Shown: piece after piece, positions 57,207-64,000 of the stretch
How positions within the stretch are numbered: the first letter of the stretch is position 1
Layout: every line of letters starts with the position of its first letter
NCBI GenBank assembly: GCA_964016885.1
Contig: OZ024740.1
Location: 430,218,001-430,282,000 of the forward strand
Reading direction: 5' to 3'
DNA: 64,000 nucleotides
From: Eledone cirrhosa
Taxonomy: Eukaryota
Position numbers and translations under genes: made by a program
The notes under the pieces: model-generated
The model's input: the letters and a program-made list of their open reading frames with translations, nothing else
Told to the model about the DNA's origin: nothing
Databases searched by the model: none

Positions 57207-60200
57207 GGTAACACTAACCCTAACCTTCTAAATATTGTTAAGAGGGTAACACTAACCCTAACCCTCTAAATATTGTTTAGAGGGCAACACTAAACCTAAC
57301 CCTCTAAATGTTGTTTAGAGAGTAACACTAACCCTAGCCCTCTAAATGTTGTTTAGAGGATAACACTAACCCTAACCCTCTAAATGTTGTTTAGAGGGTA
57401 ACACTAACCCTAACCTTCTAAATATTGTTTAGAGGGTAACACTAACCCTAACATTCTAAATATTGTTTAGAGAGTAACACTAACCCTAACCCTCTAAGTA
57501 TTGTTTAGAGGGTAACACTAATCCTAACCCTCTAAATATTGTTTAGAGGCTAACTCTAACCCTAACCCTCTAAATATTGTTTAGAGAGTAACACTAACCC
57601 TAACCCTCAAAATATTGTTTAGATGGTAACACTAACCCTAACCTTCTAAATATTGTTTAGAGGGTAACACTGAGCCTAACCTTCTAAATATTGTTTAGAG
57701 GGTAACACTAACCCTAACCTTCTAAATGTTGTTTAGAGGGTAACACTAACCCTAACCTTCTAAATGTTGTTTAGAGGATAACACTAACCCTAACCCTCTA
57801 AATGTTGTTTAGAGGGTAACACTAACCCTAACCTTCTAAATATTGTTAAGAGGGTAACACTAACCCTAACCCTCTAAATATTGTTTAGAGGGTAACACTA
57901 AACCTAACCCTCTAAATGTTGTTTAGAGAGTAACACTAACCCTAGCCCTCTAAATGTTGTTTAGAGGATAACACTAACCCTAACCCTCTAAATGTTGTTT
58001 AGAGTGTAACACTAACCCTAACCTTCTAAATATTGTTTAGAGGGTAACACTAACCCTAACCTTCTAAATATTGTTTAGAGAGTAACACTAACCCTAACCC
58101 TCTAAGTATTGTTTAGAGGGTAACACTAATCCTAACCCTCTAAATATTGTTTAGAGGCTAACACTAACCCTAACCCTCTAAATATTGTTTAGAGAGTAAC
58201 ACTAACCCTAACCCTCAAAATATTGTTTAGATGGTAACACTAACCCTAACCTTCTAAATATTGTTTAGAGGGTAACACTGAGCCTAACCTTCTAAATATT
58301 GTTTAGAGGGTAACACTAACCCTAACCTTCTAAATGTTGTTTAGAGGGTAACACTAACCCTAACCTTCTAAATGTTGTTTAGAGGATAACACTAACCCTA
58401 ACCCTCTAAATATTGTTTAGTGGGTAACACTAACCCTAACCTTCTAAATATTGTTTAGAGGGTAACACTAACCCTAACCTTCTAAATATTGTTTAGAGAG
58501 TAACACTAACCCTAACCCTCTAAATGTTGTTTAGAGGATAACACTAACCCTAACCCTCTAAATGTTGTTTAGAGGATAACACTATCCCTAACCTTCTAAA
58601 TATTATTTAGACGGTAACACTAAGCCTAAACCCCTAAATGTTGTTTAGAGGGTAACACTAACCCTAACCCTCTAAATGTTGTTTAGAGGATAACACTAAC
58701 CCTAACCCTCTAAATATTGTTTAGAGGGTAACACTAACACTAACTTTCTAAATGTTGTTTAGAGGATAACACTAACCCTAACACTCTAAATATTGTTTTT
58801 TAGGGTAACACTAAGCCTAACCTTTTAAATATTGTTTAGAGGATAACACTAACCCTAAACTTCTAAATATTGTTTAGAGGGTAACACTAACCCTAACCCT
58901 CTAAATATTGTTTAGAGGGTAACACTAACCCTAACCTTCTAAATATTGTTTAGAGGGTAACACTAACCCTAACCCTCTAAATATTGTTTAGAGGGTAACA
59001 CTAACCCTAACACTCTAAATATTGTTTAGAGGTTAACACTAACCCTAAACTTCTAAATATGGTTTAGAGGGTAACACTAACCCTAACCCTCTAAATATGG
59101 TTTAGAGGGTAATACTAACCCTAACCTTCTAAATATTGTTTAGAGGGTAACACTAAACCTAACCCTCTAAATGTTGTTTAGAGGGTAACACTAACCCTAA
59201 CCTTCTAAATATTGTTAAGAGGGTAACACTAACCCTAACCTTCTAAATATTGTTTAGAGAGTAACACTAACCCTAACCCTCTAAATATTGTTTAGAGGGT
59301 AACACTAAACCTAACCCTCTAAATGTTGTTTAGAGGGTAACACTAACCCTAACCCTCTAAAGCTTGTATAGAGGTTAACACTAACCCTAAACTTCTAAAT
59401 ATTGTTTAGAGGGTAACACTAACCCTAACATTCTAAATATTGTTTAGAGGGTAACACTAACCCTAACCCTCTAAATATGGTTTAGAGGGTAACACTAACC
59501 CTACCCTTCTAAATATTGTTTAGAGGGTAACACTAAGCCTAACCTTCTAAATATTGTTTAGAGGGTAACGCTAACCCTAACCTTCTAAATGTTGTTTAGA
59601 GGGTAACACTAACCCTAACCTTCTAAATATTGTTTAGAGGGTAGCACTAACCCTAACCCTCTAAATATTGTTTAGAGGATAACACTAACCCTAACCTTCT
59701 AAATGTTGTTCAGAGGGTAACACTAACCCTAACCCTCTAAATGTTGTTTAGAGGATAACACTAACCCCAACATTCTAAATGTTGTTTAGAGGGTAACACT
59801 AACCCTAACCTTCAAAATATTGTTTAGAGGGTAACACTAAGCCTAAATCTCTAAATGTTGTTTAGAGGGTAACACTAACCCTAACCCTCTAAATGTTGTT
59901 TAGAGTGTAACACTAACCCTATCCCTCTAAATATTGTTTAGAGGGTAACACTAACCCTAACTTTCTAAATGTTGTTCAGAGGATAATACTAACCCTAACA
60001 CTCTAAATATTGTTTTTTAGGGTAACACTAACCCTACCCTTCTAGATATTGTTTAGAGGATAACACTAACCCTAACCTTCTAAATATTGTTTAGAGGGTA
60101 ACATTAAGCCTAACCCTCTAAATATTGTTTAGAGGGTAACACTAACCCTAACCTTCTAAATATTGTTTAGAGGGTAACACTAACCCTAAACCTCTAAATA

Positions 60201-63200
60201 TTGTTTAGAGGGTAACACTAACCCTATCCCTCTAAATATTGTTTAGAGGGTAACACTAACCCTAACCCTGTAAATATGGTTTAGAGGTAACACTAACCCT
60301 AACCTTCTAAATATTGTTAAGAGGGTAACACTAACCCTAACCCTCTAAATATTGTTTAGAGGGCAACACTAAACCTAACCCTCTAAATGATGTTTAGAGA
60401 GTAACACTAACCCTAGCCCTCTAAATGTTGTTTAGAGGATAACACTAACCCTAACCCTCTAAATGTTGTTTAGAGGGTAACACTAACCCTAACCTTCTAA
60501 ATATTGTTTAGAGGGTAACACTAACCCTAACCTTCTAAATATTGTTTAGAGAGTAACACTAACCCTAACCCTCTAAGTATTGTTTAGAGGGTAACACTAA
60601 TCCTAACCCTCTAAATATTGTTTAGAGGCTAACTCTAACCCTAACCCTCTAAATATTGTTTAGAGAGTAACACTAACCCTAACCCTCAAAATATTGTTTA
60701 GATGGTAACACTAACCCTAACCTTCTAAATATTGTTTAGAGGGTAACACTGAGCCTAACCTTCTAAATATTGTTTAGAGGGTAACACTAACCCTAACCTT
60801 CTAAATGTTGTTTAGAGGGTAACACTAACCCTAACCTTCTAAATGTTGTTTAGAGGATAACACTAACCCTAACCCTCTAAATGTTGTTTAGAGGGTAACA
60901 CTAACCCTAACCTTCTAAATATTGTTAAGAGGGTAACACTAACCCTAACCCTCTAAATATTGTTTAGAGGGTAACACTAAACCTAACCCTCTAAATGTTG
61001 TTTAGAGAGTAACACTAACCCTAGCCCTCTAAATGTTGTTTAGAGGATAACACTAACCCTAACCCTCTAAATGTTGTTTAGAGTGTAACACTAACCCTAA
61101 CCTTCTAAATATTGTTTAGAGGGTAACACTAACCCTAACCTTCTAAATATTGTTTAGAGAGTAACACTAACCCTAACCCTCTAAGTATTGTTTAGAGGGT
61201 AACACTAATCCTAACCCTCTAAATATTGTTTAGAGGCTAACACTAACCCTAACCCTCTAAATATTGTTTAGAGAGTAACACTAACCCTAACCCTCAAAAT
61301 ATTGTTTAGATGGTAACACTAACCCTAACCTTCTAAATATTGTTTAGAGGGTAACACTGAGCCTAACCTTCTAAATATTGTTTAGAGGGTAACACTAACC
61401 CTAACCTTCTAAATGTTGTTTAGAGGGTAACACTAACCCTAACCTTCTAAATGTTGTTTAGAGGATAACACTAACCCTAACCCTCTAAATATTGTTTAGT
61501 GGGTAACACTAACCCTAACCTTCTAAATATTGTTTAGAGGGTAACACTAACCCTAACCTTCTAAATATTGTTTAGAGAGTAACACTAACCCTAACCCTCT
61601 AAATGTTGTTTAGAGGATAACACTAACCCTAACCCTCTAAATGTTGTTTAGAGGATAACACTATCCCTAACCTTCTAAATATTATTTAGACGGTAACACT
61701 AAGCCTAAACCTCTAAATGTTGTTTAGAGGGTAACACTAACCCTAACCCTCTAAATGTTGTTTAGAGGATAACACTAACCCTAACCCTCTAAATATTGTT
61801 TAGAGGGTAACACTAACACTAACTTTCTAAATGTTGTTTAGAGGATAACACTAACCCTAACACTCTAAATATTGTTTTTTAGGGTAACACTAAGCCTAAC
61901 CTTTTAAATATTGTTTAGAGGATAACACTAACCCTAAACTTCTAAATATTGTTTAGAGGGTAACACTAACCCTAACCCTCTAAATATTGTTTAGAGGGTA
62001 ACACTAACCCTAACCTTCTAAATATTGTTTAGAGGGTAACACTAACCCTAACCCTCTAAATATTGTTTAGAGGGTAACACTAACCCTAACACTCTAAATA
62101 TTGTTTAGAGGTTAACACTAACCCTAAACTTCTAAATATGGTTTAGAGGGTAACACTAACCCTAACCCTCTAAATATGGTTTAGAGGGTAATACTAACCC
62201 TAACCTTCTAAATATTGTTTAGAGGGTAACACTAAACCTAACCCTCTAAATGTTGTTTAGAGGGTAACACTAACCCTAACCTTCTAAATATTGTTAAGAG
62301 GGTAACACTAACCCTAACCTTCTAAATATTGTTTAGAGAGTAACACTAACCCTAACCCTCTAAATATTGTTTAGAGGGTAACACTAAACCTAACCCTCTA
62401 AATGTTGTTTAGAGGGTAACACTAACCCTAACCCTCTAAAGCTTGTATAGAGGTTAACACTAACCCTAAACTTCTAAATATTGTTTAGAGGGTAACACTA
62501 ACCCTAACATTCTAAATATTGTTTAGAGGGTAACACTAACCCTAACCCTCTAAATATGGTTTAGAGGGTAACACTAACCCTACCCTTCTAAATATTGTTT
62601 AGAGGGTAACACTAAGCCTAACCTTCTAAATATTGTTTAGAGGGTAACGCTAACCCTAACCTTCTAAATGTTGTTTAGAGGGTAACACTAACCCTAACCT
62701 TCTAAATATTGTTTAGAGGGTAGCACTAACCCTAACCCTCTAAATATTGTTTAGAGGATAACACTAACCCTAACCTTCTAAATGTTGTTCAGAGGGTAAC
62801 ACTAACCCTAACCCTCTAAATGTTGTTTAGAGGATAACACTAACCCCAACATTCTAAATGTTGTTTAGAGGGTAACACTAACCCTAACCTTCAAAATATT
62901 GTTTAGAGGGTAACACTAAGCCTAAATCTCTAAATGTTGTTTAGAGGGTAACACTAACCCTAACCCTCTAAATGTTGTTTAGAGTGTAACACTAACCCTA
63001 TCCCTCTAAATATTGTTTAGAGGGTAACACTAACCCTAACTTTCTAAATGTTGTTCAGAGGATAATACTAACCCTAACACTCTAAATATTGTTTTTTAGG
63101 GTAACACTAACCCTACCCTTCTAGATATTGTTTAGAGGATAACACTAACCCAAACCTTCTAAATATTGTTTAGAGGGTAACATTAAGCCTAACCCTCTAA

Positions 63201-63393
63201 ATATTGTTTAGAGGGTAACACTAACCCTAACCTTCTAAATATTGTTTAGAGGGTAACACTAACCCTAAACCTCTAAATATTGTTTAGAGGGTAACACTAA
63301 CCCTATCCCTCTAAATATTGTTTAGAGGGTAACACTAACCCTAACCCTGTAAATATGGTTTAGAGGTAACACTAACCCTAACCTTCTAAATAT
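57207..63393. repeat. Near-perfect tandem duplication of a 3,079-bp (81-monomer) unit containing a nested 608-bp (16-monomer) duplication
   Basis: CACTGAGCC marker G at 57672, 58280, 60751 and 61359 (offsets 608 and 3079); CCCTGTAAATATGG G at 60270 and 63349 (offset 3079). Confidence 0.92.
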
Positions 63394-64000
63394 GGTTTAG
63401 AGGGTAACACTAACCCTAACCTTCTAAATATTGTTTAGAGGATAACACTAACCCTAACCTTGTAAATATTGTTTAGAGTGTAACACTAACCCTAACCCTC
63501 TAAATATTGTTTAGAGGGCAACACTAACCCTAACCTTCTAAATATTGTTTAGAGAGTAACACTAACCCTAACCATATAAATATTGTTTAGAGGGTAACAC
63601 TAACCCTAACCCTCTAACTATTGTTTAGAGGGTAACACTAACCCTAAACTTCTAAATATTGTTTAGAGGGTAAAACTAACCCTAACCTTCTAAATGTTGT
63701 TTAGAGGGTAACACTAACCCTAACCTTCTAAATGTTGTTTAGAGGATAACACTAACCCTAAACCTCTAAATATTGTTTAGAGAGTAACGCTAACCCTGAC
63801 ACTCTAATTATTGTTTAGAGGGTAACACTAAACCTAACCCTCTAAATATTGTTCAGAGGATAACACTAACCCTAACACTCTAAATATTGTTTAGAGGGTA
63901 TCACTAACCCTAACCTTCTAAATATTGTTTAGAGAGTAACACTAACGCTAACACTCTAAATATTGTTTAGAGGGTAACACTAACCCTAACCTTCTAAATA

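Larger units (their letters stand above)
1..64000. repeat. Tandem satellite array, 38-bp telomere-like palindromic monomer (TAAATATTGTTTAGAGGGTAACACTAACCCTAACCCTC), ~1,680 copies, single orientation, running off both window ends
   Basis: The same 38-mer recurs continuously from base 1 to 64000 with point variants and rare 32/37/39/44-bp length variants. Offsets between marker variants are multiples of 38 plus or minus a few bases. Confidence 0.99.

Noticed and set aside
1-64000. CRISPR array (palindromic ~38-bp repeats)
   Set aside because: The repeats are directly adjacent with no unique spacers, leader or cas genes.
1-64000. Protein-coding repeat ORF
   Set aside because: The 38-bp unit shifts frame every copy and carries several TAA/TAG triplets on both strands, so every frame closes within about three monomers.
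1-64000. True telomere tract
   Set aside because: There are never more than about two perfect TAACCC units in a row; it is a complex satellite, not (TTAGGG)n.
1-64000. Variant monomers as an information-bearing code or diversity-generating cassette system
   Set aside because: The order of variants is explained by nested tandem duplications. No recombinase, reverse transcriptase or expression site is present in the window.
1-64000. Transposon (MITE or Helitron-type) or viral telomeric-repeat origin
   Set aside because: No termini, target-site duplications or flanking unique sequence are visible, so this cannot be supported from this window.

Overview
The whole 64 kb window is one uninterrupted head-to-tail satellite array of about 1,680 copies of a 38-bp monomer. 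The consensus is TAAATATTGTTTAGAGGGTAACACTAACCCTAACCCTC (~37% GC, no CpG). I found no genes, RNA genes, transposon insertions, unique sequence or orientation switches. The monomer joins three telomere-type hexamers (TAACAC-TAACCC-TAACCC; minus strand GAGGGTTAGGGTTAGTGTTA) to a 10-bp inverted repeat (ACCCTCTAAA-tattg-TTTAGAGGGT). This points to a eukaryotic telomere-derived (subtelomeric or interstitial telomeric-like) satellite, but I cannot name the organism or satellite family. Rare variant monomers used as markers reveal layered higher-order structure: two near-perfect tandem duplications (2,739 bp and 3,079 bp), an irregular ~2.6-3.9 kb periodicity over 5.5-22 kb, short 2-16-monomer sub-repeats, and related blocks 13.7 kb and ~39 kb apart. 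All coordinates and offsets were counted by eye, so boundaries are approximate. Functional ideas are hypotheses.
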